A DNA stretch of 64,000 nucleotides, from assembly GCA_003246295.1 (NCBI GenBank), contig QKAS01000053.1, positions 46,948 to 110,947 of the forward strand. Reading direction: 5' to 3'. The notes below the pieces were generated by a model, which searched no databases, was not told the DNA's origin, and worked only from the letters and a program-made list of their open reading frames with translations. This document shows, one piece after another, positions 10,789-20,653 of the stretch. Origin of the DNA: Clostridia bacterium. GTDB lineage: Bacteria > Bacillota > Clostridia > Lachnospirales > Lachnospiraceae. Position numbers and translations under genes: made by a program. Each line of letters starts with the position of its first letter. Position 1 is the stretch's first letter.

Positions 10789-11490
10789 ATGATGAGTCTT
10801 CAAAATAGTATTGTTGAGTTTGATAGAATAATTAAAACATTAAGAGGTGAGAATGGCTGTCCGTGGGATCGTGAACAGACACATACTAGTTTACGCCCGT
10901 GTGTCATGGAGGAAGCAGCTGAACTTCAAGCAGCAATACGTATTTATGAACAGACACAGGATGCTGGAAATATGAAAGAAGAGCTTGGAGATTTGTTACT
11001 TCAGGTGGTGATGCAGAGTGCAATTGCTGAAGAAGAAGGTCTTTTTACACTTGAGGAAGTAATTCAGGGAGTTCAGGAAAAAATGATAAGAAGGCATCCT
11101 CATGTATTTGGAGAAGCGAATGTAAATAATTCAGGAGAAGTGCTAAAAAATTGGGAAGAAATTAAGAAAAAAGAAAAAGAAACGCAAACATGGTCTTCAT
11201 CGCCATTAAGAGACATTCCAAAAGAATTACCTTCTTTGACAAGAGCAGTGAAAACATTGAAGAAAATTGATAAACTTTATGATAATGTATCGCCCATATC
11301 AAAGACAAAAGAAGAAATTTTAAAATCTGCAGAAAAGATTTCTATATGCGAAGGAAAAGAAAGTGAACTAATTTTCGAAGCGGGAAATTTGTTAGTTGCA
11401 TTATCAAAACTTGCAATGCAGATGCATCTGCCAACAGAGCAAATTCTAAATGATAGAATCGATGATATGATAGATCGATATGAATCATAA
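10789..11490 (+). CDS. mazG: MazG nucleoside triphosphate pyrophosphohydrolase family
   Basis: GCPWDREQT, EELGDLLLQV and RRHPHVF motifs. Confidence 0.9.
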   Translation: MMSLQNSIVEFDRIIKTLRGENGCPWDREQTHTSLRPCVMEEAAELQAAIRIYEQTQDAGNMKEELGDLLLQVVMQSAIAEEEGLFTLEEVIQGVQEKMIRRHPHVFGEANVNNSGEVLKNWEEIKKKEKETQTWSSSPLRDIPKELPSLTRAVKTLKKIDKLYDNVSPISKTKEEILKSAEKISICEGKESELIFEAGNLLVALSKLAMQMHLPTEQILNDRIDDMIDRYES

Positions 11491-11548
11491 TATTCATAAT
11501 TAAAACAGTACCAAATGACCAAAATATGCCTAAATAACCAATTCTTCC

Positions 11549-11577
11549 TTGACAAAGCAAGAAAAAGTGTCTATAAA
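11549..11577 (+). promoter_or_regulatory. SigA promoter of hup
   Basis: TTGACA, 17-nt spacer, TATAAA. Confidence 0.65.
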
Positions 11578-11649
11578 TATAGATAGGTGTTTTATTGGAA
11601 CGCTAAAAATTTGAATACAATATACTCGATATAAGAGGAGGAGTTCGAA

Positions 11650-11928
11650 ATGAACAAAACAGAATTAGTAGCAGCGATTGCTGATCAGGCAGAATTATCC
11701 AAAAAAGATGCAGAGAAAGCTTTAAAAGCATTTACAGATGTAGTTGCAGCAGAATTAAAAAAAGGTGAGAAAATCCAGTTAGTTGGATTTGGTACTTTTG
11801 AAGTATCTGAAAGAGCTGCCAGAGAAGGAAGAAATCCTCAGAGCGGAGAAGTTATGAAAATTGCTGCTTCCAAAGCTCCTAAATTTAAAGCTGGTAAGGC
11901 ATTAAAAGACTTAGTTAACGAAAAATAA
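11650..11928 (+). CDS. hup: DNA-binding protein HU
   Basis: MNKTELV, GFGTF and GRNPQSGE motifs. Confidence 0.97.
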   Translation: MNKTELVAAIADQAELSKKDAEKALKAFTDVVAAELKKGEKIQLVGFGTFEVSERAAREGRNPQSGEVMKIAASKAPKFKAGKALKDLVNEK

Positions 11929-11951
11929 AATTCGTTGTAGAGTATGTATTT

Positions 11952-11996
11952 GAAGTTAGGCAGTTTCGTGGCAACGCGAATGCCTGACTTCTTTTT
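11952..11996 (+). terminator. Intrinsic terminator after hup
   Basis: GAAGTTAGGCA / TGCCTGACTTC stem followed by TTTTT. Confidence 0.75.
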
Positions 11997-12033
11997 AGTT
12001 TGTAACAAAATGAAAATGAAAGAAAGGAAAATT

Positions 12034-12273
12034 ATGAGACTTGACAAATATTTAAAAGTATCACGTCTGATTAAGAGAAGAACCATTGCAAATGAAGCCT
12101 GTGATGCAGGAAGAGTACTTGTGAACGATAAAGAAGCAAAAGCATCTACAAATGTCAAAACAGGAGATACCATAACAATACAGTTTGGAAACAAAGAAGT
12201 GAAGGTAGAAGTTCTTGATATAGTTGAAACTACGAAAAAAGACGAAGCAAAAGAGTTATTCAAGTACATCTAG
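12034..12273 (+). CDS. yabO: S4-domain RNA-binding protein (YabO/RqcP family)
   Basis: MRLDKYLKVSRLIKRR..A.EAC signature; start corrected to 12034. Confidence 0.9.
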   Translation: MRLDKYLKVSRLIKRRTIANEACDAGRVLVNDKEAKASTNVKTGDTITIQFGNKEVKVEVLDIVETTKKDEAKELFKYI

Positions 12274-12307
12274 AGGGCATAGAATACATAATTAACCAGA
12301 GAAACAG

Positions 12308-12336
12308 TTGACGCAGACAATTAAAGTGGTTACAAT
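12308..12336 (+). promoter_or_regulatory. SigA promoter of the divIC-like gene
   Basis: TTGACG, 17-nt spacer, TACAAT. Confidence 0.55.
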
Positions 12337-12377
12337 AATGTTATGTAAACATTTCGGAATGAGAGGCGGCGACAAGG

Positions 12378-12680
12378 ATGTCAGGTAGAGTTGCAATTCG
12401 AAAAAGAAGACAGAATCGTCTTGGTATGCTTCTGGTCACAGTGGTTGTTTTGATGCTACTTTTAGTTGTTGCGGTTAAATGCATGGAGCTAAAACAGAAA
12501 CAGGCAATTTATCTTAGCAGGGAAGCACAACTGCAGGAACAGATTTCGGAACAGGAAGCACGAGCTGAAGAGATAGAAGAGTTTCGAAAATATACTAAGA
12601 CAAAAAAATATGCAGAAGAAGTAGCAAAAGATAAACTTGGACTTGTGAATGAGGATGAAATTATCTTTAAAGAAGAATAA
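12378..12680 (+). CDS. divIC: Septum formation initiator (DivIC/FtsB family)
   Basis: Basic N-terminus, one TM segment, coiled coil, EEVAKDKLGLV..EIIF; syntenic position. Confidence 0.8.
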   Translation: MSGRVAIRKRRQNRLGMLLVTVVVLMLLLVVAVKCMELKQKQAIYLSREAQLQEQISEQEARAEEIEEFRKYTKTKKYAEEVAKDKLGLVNEDEIIFKEE

Positions 12681-12711
12681 ATGCGGAGAGCTTAGACTAT
12701 CCGCATTTTTT
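12679..12711 (+). terminator. Intrinsic terminator
   Basis: AAATGCGGA...TCCGCATTT stem followed by a T tract. Confidence 0.65.
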
Positions 12712-12713
12712 AT

Positions 12714-14150
12714 ATGGAGGAGGCTGTTGTGTATCAGAAGGTTCTCAACTATTGTAAAAAACATTCACTCATTGAAGTAAATGATAAAATTGTTGTCGGT
12801 ATATCCGGTGGTGCAGATTCGGTCTGTCTATTGACTGTTTTATGTGAAATGCGGGTGACAATGTCAATTCAGATACATGCTGTTCATGTAAATCATGGAA
12901 TTAGAATAGATGCTGAGAAAGATGTTGAATATGTAAAGTTATTATGTGATAGATTACAGGTTCCTCTTCATATAAAATATGTGAATATACCTAAGCTGAG
13001 TAAAGAACTACGAATTTCTACGGAAGAAGCTGGTAGAAGAGCCAGATATGATGCGTTTGAAGAAATTAGAGTACTTACTGACTCAGATAAAATTGCAGTA
13101 GCACATAATATGAATGATCAAGCAGAAACAGTACTTTTTCATTTATTCAGAGGGACAGGAATTAAAGGAATGTCAGGCATCAGACCAGCCAGAGATCATA
13201 TCATCAGACCATTACTGTGTGTAGAGAGGCTTGAAATTGAAGAGTATTTGAAAGAAATGGGATTGAAGTATCAGACAGATCAAAGTAATTATGAAGATGA
13301 TTATACAAGAAATAGAATTCGAAACCACTTGATTCCATTGGCAGAAGAGATGGTTTGTACAGGAATCGTACAACACATTAGTGAAACAGCAAGAATAGCA
13401 TTTCAAGCAGAAGAATATATTACAAAACAGGCTCAGCAGATTCATAAGAAAATTTCCAAGGAACAGAAAAATACCAAGCAAATCAGATATGAAATGAAAG
13501 AGTTACAGGAGCTTGATTCTATTTTACAAGTATATCTAATAAGAGAAGGCATATATCAGGTCCTAGGTACAATCACAGATATATCATCGGTACATTTAAC
13601 GCAAATCATTGAGTTGATGGACAAACAGGTCGGAAAGCAGATAATGTTACCGAATGGAATACGAGCCTATACTACGTATGATAGTTTGATGATTGTAGAT
13701 TCAAAATCAATCAAAACAGAGAAATATTCAAAACAAGTATGTAGTTCACTCTTTTCAAAAGACAACGAGCTGGAAATGATGCAATTGTATGAGTATGAGT
13801 TTGAACACTTTGGAAAGCTTGAATTAAGGCTTTTTATGCGTGATCAAGGGCAAATTATTCCCCAAAATTTGTATACGAAATGGTTTGATTATGATAAAAT
13901 AAAGAAATCCTTGCAAGTAAGAAGCAGAAAGCAAGGCGATTATCTGATCGTGGATGAAAAAGGCAGTCGTAAGTCGTTAAAACAGTATATGATCGATGAA
14001 AAAATTCCCAGAGAAGAAAGAAATCAACTCCTAATACTGTCAGATGAAGATCATGTCGTCTGGATTCCGGGATATCGAATCAGCCAATACTATAAAATTG
14101 AAGATCAGACAAAAAAAATATTAGAAGTTAAGTTAACAGGAGGAATTTAG
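12714..14150 (+). CDS. tilS: tRNA(Ile)-lysidine synthetase
   Basis: SGGADS PP-loop, VNHG, AHNMNDQAET and RNRIR motifs. Start may be GTG at 12729. Confidence 0.95.
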   Translation: MEEAVVYQKVLNYCKKHSLIEVNDKIVVGISGGADSVCLLTVLCEMRVTMSIQIHAVHVNHGIRIDAEKDVEYVKLLCDRLQVPLHIKYVNIPKLSKELRISTEEAGRRARYDAFEEIRVLTDSDKIAVAHNMNDQAETVLFHLFRGTGIKGMSGIRPARDHIIRPLLCVERLEIEEYLKEMGLKYQTDQSNYEDDYTRNRIRNHLIPLAEEMVCTGIVQHISETARIAFQAEEYITKQAQQIHKKISKEQKNTKQIRYEMKELQELDSILQVYLIREGIYQVLGTITDISSVHLTQIIELMDKQVGKQIMLPNGIRAYTTYDSLMIVDSKSIKTEKYSKQVCSSLFSKDNELEMMQLYEYEFEHFGKLELRLFMRDQGQIIPQNLYTKWFDYDKIKKSLQVRSRKQGDYLIVDEKGSRKSLKQYMIDEKIPREERNQLLILSDEDHVVWIPGYRISQYYKIEDQTKKILEVKLTGGI

Positions 14151-14152
14151 TT

Positions 14153-14677
14153 ATGGCAGAGCATGTTAGAATAATGCTAAGCGAAGAAGAGGTAAATCAA
14201 AAAATCCAACAGATAGGAAAACAGATTAGTGAAGACTATGCCGGGAAACAAGTGCATCTTGTATGTGTCTTAAAAGGTGGCGTTTTTTTTATGTGTGAAC
14301 TTGCAAAAAGAATTACAGTTCCAGTATCAATGGATTTCATGTGTGTATCCAGTTATGGAAGTGAAACAAAATCCAGTGGTGTAGTAAAAATAGTCAAAGA
14401 TCTTGATGAACCTCTTGATCATAAAGATGTATTGATTGTTGAAGATATTATTGATTCAGGAAGGACGCTTAGTTATTTAATTGAAATGCTAAAAAAGAGG
14501 GAGCCAGAAAGCATCCGTGTCTGCACTCTTCTTGATAAGCCAGAGAGACGAGTTGTTGATGTAAACGTGGACTATACCTGTTTTGAAATACCAGATGAGT
14601 TTGTAATTGGTTACGGACTTGATTATGATCAGAGATATCGAAATCTGCCATATATTGGTGTTGTTGAATTCGATTAA
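14153..14677 (+). CDS. hpt: Hypoxanthine phosphoribosyltransferase
   Basis: VLIVEDIIDSG PRPP motif and FVIGYGLD. Confidence 0.95.
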   Translation: MAEHVRIMLSEEEVNQKIQQIGKQISEDYAGKQVHLVCVLKGGVFFMCELAKRITVPVSMDFMCVSSYGSETKSSGVVKIVKDLDEPLDHKDVLIVEDIIDSGRTLSYLIEMLKKREPESIRVCTLLDKPERRVVDVNVDYTCFEIPDEFVIGYGLDYDQRYRNLPYIGVVEFD

Positions 14678-14688
14678 GGAGGCTTGTA

Positions 14689-16497
14689 TTGAATAGGACA
14701 GGAAAAGGACTTAACCTTTATTTTGTTATTATAATTGCCCTTCTGCTTATTACAGTTTGGATCAGTTCACTGAGTAATAATGAGGAGGACTATACCTATA
14801 GTGAGTTCTTACAGGAACTTGAAGCTGGAAGTATTAAAGATATTGTTATACAACCAAATAAAGAAACACCAACAGGCGCCTTATTGCTTACCATGGAAGA
14901 TGGGGAAGAAAAGGTACTATATGTTTCTGATGTAACCAAAATTGAAGATTTGCTGACGAAACACAATATATCACCGGTGCTTAAGGATGTTCCTCAGGAA
15001 AATTGGTTCATAACTTCTATTCTTCCCATCATTGTAATGCTTGTGATTGGTGTTTTCCTTTTTACCATGATGAATGCAAATAATGCTGGTGGCGGTGGCG
15101 GAAAAATGATGAATTTTGGCAAAAGTCGTGCCAGACTTGCGGCAGGCGAAAACAAAATCACATTGAAAGACGTTGCAGGACTCAAAGAAGAAAAAGAAGA
15201 GCTTGAAGAAATTGTTGAGTTTTTGAAAGAACCATCAAAATTTACTCGAGTTGGTGCTCGTATCCCCAAAGGAGTGCTGTTGGAAGGCGCACCTGGTACA
15301 GGGAAAACCCTCCTGGCAAAAGCAATTGCTGGAGAGGCAAGTGTTCCATTTTTTAGTATTTCAGGATCCGATTTTGTAGAAATGTTTGTAGGTGTAGGCG
15401 CATCCAGAGTTAGGGACCTATTTGCAGAAGCAAAAAAGAATTCTCCTTGTATTATATTTATAGATGAAATAGATGCTGTTGCCAGACGAAGAGGTACTGG
15501 TATGGGTGGCGGACATGATGAGCGTGAACAGACTCTGAATCAACTACTTGTTGAAATGGATGGATTTGGTGTTAATGAAGGGATTATTGTCATGGCAGCA
15601 ACGAACAGAGTTGATATACTTGATCCAGCTATTTTACGACCAGGACGTTTTGATAGAAAAATCAGTGTAGGAACACCGGATGTTGGTGGAAGAGAAGAAA
15701 TATTAAAAGTTCATGTAAAAAACAAACCACTTGCAGACGATGTTGATTTAAAACAGGTTGCGCAAACGACAGCTGGTTTTACAGGGGCTGATCTTGAAAA
15801 TTTATTAAATGAAGCAGCTATTTGTGCAGCAAAGGAAACCCGGAACTTTATTAAGCAAGAAGATATTAAAAGTGCTTTTATTAAGGTTGGAATTGGATCT
15901 GAAAAAAGAAGTCGTATTATTTCAGAAAAAGAAAAGAAAATTACTGCATATCATGAAGCGGGACATGCAATTCTATTTCATGTTCTTCCAGAAGTGGGAC
16001 CAGTGTATACTGTTTCTATCATACCAACTGGATTAGGTGCTGCTGGTTATACAATGCCATTGCCAGAACGAGATGAAATGTTTAACACAAAGGGACGTAT
16101 GTTGCAGGAAATTATGGTTTCACTTGGTGGAAGGATTGCAGAAGAGCTCATTTTTGACGATATTACAACTGGTGCATCTAGTGATATAAAACGAGCTACA
16201 AAACTGGCAAGAAAAATGGTGACCAGATTCGGTATGTCTCAGAATATAGGTGTTATAAACTATGATGATGATGATGATGAAGTGTTTATAGGACGCGATC
16301 TTGCACATACAAGAAGCCATAGTGAGTCAATTGCTGGAGAAATAGACAGAGAAGTAAAAGTATTGATTGATGATTGTTACGTAAGAGCCAAAAAAGTCAT
16401 TATGGAGCATGAATCAGTTCTCCATAAATGTGCAACGCTATTACTTGAGAAAGAGAAAATCACGAGGGTTGAATTCGAAGAATTATTCGAAGGATAA
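14689..16497 (+). CDS. ftsH: ATP-dependent zinc metalloprotease FtsH
   Basis: Two TM segments, [22 protein letters not shown] and HEAGH motifs. Confidence 0.97.
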   Translation: MNRTGKGLNLYFVIIIALLLITVWISSLSNNEEDYTYSEFLQELEAGSIKDIVIQPNKETPTGALLLTMEDGEEKVLYVSDVTKIEDLLTKHNISPVLKDVPQENWFITSILPIIVMLVIGVFLFTMMNANNAGGGGGKMMNFGKSRARLAAGENKITLKDVAGLKEEKEELEEIVEFLKEPSKFTRVGARIPKGVLLEGAPGTGKTLLAKAIAGEASVPFFSISGSDFVEMFVGVGASRVRDLFAEAKKNSPCIIFIDEIDAVARRRGTGMGGGHDEREQTLNQLLVEMDGFGVNEGIIVMAATNRVDILDPAILRPGRFDRKISVGTPDVGGREEILKVHVKNKPLADDVDLKQVAQTTAGFTGADLENLLNEAAICAAKETRNFIKQEDIKSAFIKVGIGSEKRSRIISEKEKKITAYHEAGHAILFHVLPEVGPVYTVSIIPTGLGAAGYTMPLPERDEMFNTKGRMLQEIMVSLGGRIAEELIFDDITTGASSDIKRATKLARKMVTRFGMSQNIGVINYDDDDDEVFIGRDLAHTRSHSESIAGEIDREVKVLIDDCYVRAKKVIMEHESVLHKCATLLLEKEKITRVEFEELFEG

Positions 16498-16591
16498 TTG
16501 TGAAAAATACACAAAAACAATGATTCGATTTTGTAAACTTTGTGAATCATGAGAATAGACGATAGAGAGTCACTTTGCTATAATACATCTT

Positions 16592-16688
16592 GTAACCCCC
16601 CCCAATACGTTATATAGTTTTTTGCTATACCCCATAAGAAGAAATACCTTCTCTAAAAAGGACAGCCATCGTGATGCTGTCCTTTTTA
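16592..16688 (+). ncRNA. Candidate small RNA (about 95 nt, C-rich)
   Basis: TAGACG-17 nt-TATAAT promoter with extended TG at 16556-16584, no ORF, strong terminator at 16655-16687. Confidence 0.5.
16655..16688 (+). terminator. Intrinsic (bidirectional-type) terminator
   Basis: AAAAAGGACAGC / GCTGTCCTTTTT stem. Confidence 0.85.
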
Positions 16689-16844
16689 CTTTCTCAAAAT
16701 TTTACGATAGAAAGTATTGTCTAAGAAGGTTGTGTACTATATGATAGTTTCATATCTAGTATTATAATGTTGAAATGCATGAATTCTGTATTCCAAATAA
16801 TGATGATTTCAATTTGCTTTTGAGTACGGCAAAGAGGTAATAAT

Positions 16845-18971
16845 ATGAATTTTCAGCAATTAATTAAAAACGAAGAACAGGATTACATTAACAGAATGCG
16901 ACCTGTGATCAATATAAAGGCACTTTTTAGCGATATGACGGATGATTATGTATTTCCAAGTGAACCAGAACCAGACCAACATGTCAGAATCCGTTTTAGA
17001 ACAAAAAAGAATAATGTGGATGGAGTATATCTGGTATGCACTGGTTATAAGACGAAGATGCAACTTAAGTCTTCAGACGACGTATTTGATTACTTTGAAT
17101 CAAAGGTTTATGTAGGTAGAACTAAATTCACATATTGCTTTGAAATACGTGTTGGAAGGCTTGTTTATTTTTATGATAAACGTGGTGCACACAAAGAGAT
17201 GATTGAACATTACAAATTTGCACTACTTCCAGGATTTAAAACACCAGACTGGTCAAAAGGTGCAGTCATGTATCAGATTTTTGTAGATCGCTTTTTTAAT
17301 GGAGATCCGTCAAATGATGTTTTGACTGGTGAATATAATTACATTGGTGGAAACACGGTTAAAGTTTATAATTGGAATAAATATCCAGATAAATTTGGGA
17401 TCAGAGAATTTTATGGTGGTGATCTTCAGGGTGTTTTAGATAAACTTGATTATCTACAGTCTTTAGGAATTGATGTCATTTATTTTAATCCGCTTTTTGT
17501 ATCGCCATCTAATCATAAGTATGACATACAAGATTATGATTACATAGATCCACACTTTGGTAAAATTGTTAAGGATAGCGGGACACTATTAAATCCTGAA
17601 AAATCAGACAATCGAGAAGCAACCAGATATATCAGAAGAGTTACAGATCGTGAAAATCTTGAAGCCAGTAATCGCTTTTTTGCAGATGTTGTAAAAGAAA
17701 TACATAGGAGAGGAATGAAAGTAATCCTTGACGGTGTTTTTAATCATTGTGGGTCTTTTAATAAGTGGATTGACAGAGAACAGATATATAGCAAGGAAGA
17801 AGGATATGAAAAGGGTGCTTACGTTGATGCATCAAGTCCTTATCGTAATTTTTTCAAATTTCATGACGAATCAAAATGGCCTTACAATCATACTTATGAT
17901 GGTTGGTGGGGGCATGATACCCTTCCAAAGTTAAATTATGAAGGATCTGAAGAATTATATGAATACATTTTATCTGTTGCCGCAAAATGGGTTAGTGCAC
18001 CGTTTCATATTGATGGCTGGAGACTAGATGTTGCTGCTGATCTTGGATTTTCACCTGAAATGAATCATCAATTCTGGAAGGATTTCAAAATTGCAGTAAA
18101 GAATGCGAATCCAGATGCTTTGATTTTGGCTGAACACTATGGAGATCCTTCATCCTGGCTTCAGGGCGATGAGTGGGATAGTATTATGAATTATGATGCA
18201 TTTATGGAACCTATTACCTGGTTTTTAACTGGAATGCAAAAGCATAGCGACGATTATCGTGAGGATCTGCATGGGAATGCAGGAGTGTTTTGGGATACGA
18301 TGAGGCATAATATGGCTAATTTTACCATGCCTTCATTATTCTCGGCGATGAATGAATTATCAAATCATGATCATTCGAGATTTCTAACAAGAACGAATAA
18401 AAAAGTAGGAAGAACAGATACACTAGGTCCTGATGCAGCAAATCATAATATTAAGAAGGAAGTGTTTAGAGAGGCTGTTGTGATGCAAATGACATGGCCT
18501 GGTTCTCCTACGATTTATTATGGAGATGAGGCCGGACTATGTGGATTTACAGATCCTGATAATAGAAGAACTTATCCTTGGGGCGAGGAAGATCTTGAAC
18601 TTATCAATTTGCATAAAGAAATGATCAGAATACATAAAAACAATTTTGAACTACGTAGAGGTTCGTTGAAAGAACTCTATGGAGATGATAACATCATTTC
18701 ATATGGACGATTTACTTCGGAAGAGCAGAGTATCATTATAGTAAATAATAATGAAGAGGAAAGATATCTGGAAATACCAGCCTGGCTTACTGGAATGCCT
18801 AAAGAATGTACACTGGAACAACTCATTATAACAGGAAAAGAAGGTCATTCCACACAATGGAGAAGTTATCCGGTACTGGAAGGAATTCTAAGTATTTCAA
18901 TGTTACCGACCTCATCCATTATTTTAAAACACAAAAAAATAAATCGTAAAAAATTCTTGCATTTCACATAA
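16845..18971 (+). CDS. GH13 alpha-glycosidase (neopullulanase/cyclomaltodextrinase type)
   Basis: YQIFVDRF, GGDLQG, DGVFNH, GWRLDVA, AEH and NHD conserved regions. Confidence 0.9.
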   Translation: MNFQQLIKNEEQDYINRMRPVINIKALFSDMTDDYVFPSEPEPDQHVRIRFRTKKNNVDGVYLVCTGYKTKMQLKSSDDVFDYFESKVYVGRTKFTYCFEIRVGRLVYFYDKRGAHKEMIEHYKFALLPGFKTPDWSKGAVMYQIFVDRFFNGDPSNDVLTGEYNYIGGNTVKVYNWNKYPDKFGIREFYGGDLQGVLDKLDYLQSLGIDVIYFNPLFVSPSNHKYDIQDYDYIDPHFGKIVKDSGTLLNPEKSDNREATRYIRRVTDRENLEASNRFFADVVKEIHRRGMKVILDGVFNHCGSFNKWIDREQIYSKEEGYEKGAYVDASSPYRNFFKFHDESKWPYNHTYDGWWGHDTLPKLNYEGSEELYEYILSVAAKWVSAPFHIDGWRLDVAADLGFSPEMNHQFWKDFKIAVKNANPDALILAEHYGDPSSWLQGDEWDSIMNYDAFMEPITWFLTGMQKHSDDYREDLHGNAGVFWDTMRHNMANFTMPSLFSAMNELSNHDHSRFLTRTNKKVGRTDTLGPDAANHNIKKEVFREAVVMQMTWPGSPTIYYGDEAGLCGFTDPDNRRTYPWGEEDLELINLHKEMIRIHKNNFELRRGSLKELYGDDNIISYGRFTSEEQSIIIVNNNEEERYLEIPAWLTGMPKECTLEQLIITGKEGHSTQWRSYPVLEGILSISMLPTSSIILKHKKINRKKFLHFT

Positions 18972-18985
18972 AAATATGATATAAC
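18957..18985 (+). promoter_or_regulatory. SigA promoter of the tRNA operon
   Basis: TTGCAT, 17-nt spacer, TGnTATAAC; overlaps the GH13 3' end. Confidence 0.6.
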
Positions 18986-19038
18986 TTTATATTGTCAGGG
19001 TTGATCGAACAATCAGAATTTTAGGTCAGCAGCCATAT

Positions 19039-19120
19039 GGATGGATTCCCGAGTGGCCAAAGGGGGCAGACTGTAAATCTGTTGGCAGCGCCTTCGAAGG
19101 TTCGAATCCTTCTCCATCCA
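19039..19120 (+). tRNA. tRNA-Tyr(GTA)
   Basis: Acceptor stem GGATGGA/TCCATCC, anticodon loop CTGTAAA, long variable arm, GGTTCGAATCC. Confidence 0.95.
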
Positions 19121-19132
19121 TTGTAATGCATT

Positions 19133-19218
19133 GCCGGCGTGGCGGAACTGGCAGACGCACAGGACTTAAAATCCTGCGGGACTAATCTCCCGTACCGGTT
19201 CGATTCCGGTCGCCGGCA
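19133..19218 (+). tRNA. tRNA-Leu(TAA)
   Basis: Acceptor stem GCCGGCG/CGCCGGC, anticodon loop CTTAAAA, long variable arm. Confidence 0.95.
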
Positions 19219-19242
19219 GTATGATGTGAAACAAGGATAATT

Positions 19243-19315
<73 letters not shown>

Positions 19316-19327
19316 CTAAGTAAATAT

Positions 19328-19398
19328 GCGGGTGTAGTTCAATGGTAGAACACTAGCCTTCCAAGCTAGATACGTGGGTTCGATTCCCATCACCCGCT
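19328..19398 (+). tRNA. tRNA-Gly(TCC)
   Basis: Acceptor stem GCGGGTG/CACCCGC, anticodon loop CTTCCAA. Confidence 0.95.
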
Positions 19399-19413
19399 CT
19401 TAATTTCATATAT

Positions 19414-19486
19414 GCGATAGTGGCTCAGTTGGTAGAGCACCTCCTTGCCAAGGAGGAAGTCGCGAGTTCGAGTCTCGTCTATCGCT
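19414..19486 (+). tRNA. tRNA-Gly(GCC)
   Basis: Acceptor stem GCGATAG/CTATCGC, anticodon loop TTGCCAA. Confidence 0.95.
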
Positions 19487-19491
19487 CTTTT

Positions 19492-19519
19492 AAAAACCTT
19501 GATATTTCAAGGTTTTTTT
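19492..19519 (+). terminator. Terminator of the tRNA operon
   Basis: AAAAACCTTGA / TCAAGGTTTTT stem followed by a T tract. Confidence 0.8.
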
Positions 19520-19559
19520 GTTATATGGGTAGACAAACATATCACAGATGGAGGAAGCA

Positions 19560-20306
19560 ATGAGAAAAACATTAGAATTTGCAATAAAACAGACAATACC
19601 AGTATTTTGTGGTTATATTTTCCTTGGAATTGCATTCGGACTATTGCTTCAAAAAGCAGGATATTCATTTTTATGGGCATTTTTAATTAGTCTTTTAGTA
19701 TATGCAGGCTCTATGCAGTTTGTTTTAGTAGGATTACTTGCAGGAGGTGCTTCTTTACCTACTGTAGGGATTATGACACTTATGATTAATAGTAGGCATA
19801 TTTTCTATGGACTTTCATTTATTGAAAAATTTAAAAGGATGGGAAGAAAATATTTATATATGATTTTTTCGCTGACAGATGAAACTTATTCTGTGCTTTG
19901 TTCTGTTAAGGTACCAAATGAGATGGACGAGAAGAGAGTATTTTTCATGATATCACTTCTTGATCAGATTTATTGGATTATGGGATCTGTAATAGGTGCA
20001 CTGATTGGAGAAAAGATTCCTTTTAATTCTAAAGGGATAGATTTTGCAATGACGGCATTGTTTATTGTTATTTTTATTGAACAATGGAAAGATTCTAAAA
20101 CACATATTCCTGCGCTGTCTGGAATAGTATCATCTATATTATTTTTAATTATAATGGGTCCGGATTCATTTTTAATGCCCGCCTTAATTACGGTGGTTTT
20201 AATACTGTTAATGGGTAAGCGTAAAATTGTTAAGAAAATCGATTATGATAAGAAACTATCAGAGAAGAGCGAATTGTACGAGAGTAGACAGGAGGAAATG
20301 ATATGA
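19560..20306 (+). CDS. azlC: AzlC-family branched-chain amino acid exporter permease
   Basis: YAGSMQF, NSRHIFYG and LTDETY motifs. Confidence 0.9.
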   Translation: MRKTLEFAIKQTIPVFCGYIFLGIAFGLLLQKAGYSFLWAFLISLLVYAGSMQFVLVGLLAGGASLPTVGIMTLMINSRHIFYGLSFIEKFKRMGRKYLYMIFSLTDETYSVLCSVKVPNEMDEKRVFFMISLLDQIYWIMGSVIGALIGEKIPFNSKGIDFAMTALFIVIFIEQWKDSKTHIPALSGIVSSILFLIIMGPDSFLMPALITVVLILLMGKRKIVKKIDYDKKLSEKSELYESRQEEMI

Positions 20307-20653
20307 ACAGTCTGAATACAGCTGCAATTGTTTTTTTGGCGGCAATATGTACATTTGCAACAAGAATTACCCCCTTTTTACTATTTGGCTCTAAAAAGGG
20401 GGTACCAGATTCAGTCAGCTATCTGGGTAAGATACTTCCTGCTGCAATTATGGGAGTATTGATTATCTACTGTCTTAAGAACGTATCATTTACATCAATG
20501 CCATTTGGAATTCCTGAAATTTTTGCGAGCAGTCTGGTAATTTTTTTACATCTTTGGAAAAGAAATACACTACTAAGCATTGCTGGTGGTACGATTCTAT
20601 ATATGCTAATGGTTCAAAACTTTTTTGATTCTTTATTTTACTTTTTTATGTAA
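20303..20653 (+). CDS. azlD: AzlD-family membrane protein
   Basis: TR.TPFLLF, YLGKILP and HLWKRNTLLSI motifs; translationally coupled to azlC. Confidence 0.9.
   Translation: MNSLNTAAIVFLAAICTFATRITPFLLFGSKKGVPDSVSYLGKILPAAIMGVLIIYCLKNVSFTSMPFGIPEIFASSLVIFLHLWKRNTLLSIAGGTILYMLMVQNFFDSLFYFFM

Noticed and set aside
11838..12269. 143-aa minus-strand ORF, and the many similar 60-140 aa shadow ORFs in the track
   Set aside because: They are antisense or out-of-frame shadows of well-supported genes, with no RBS or recognisable motifs.
16498..16514. Rex operator call for TTGTGAAAAATACACAA
   Set aside because: The spacer between TTGTG and CACAA is 7 nt, whereas the Rex consensus has 8. Kept only as an unassigned palindrome.
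19445..19690. 81-aa ORF MPRRKSRVRV...
   Set aside because: It starts inside tRNA-Gly(GCC), crosses a terminator and overlaps azlC out of frame.
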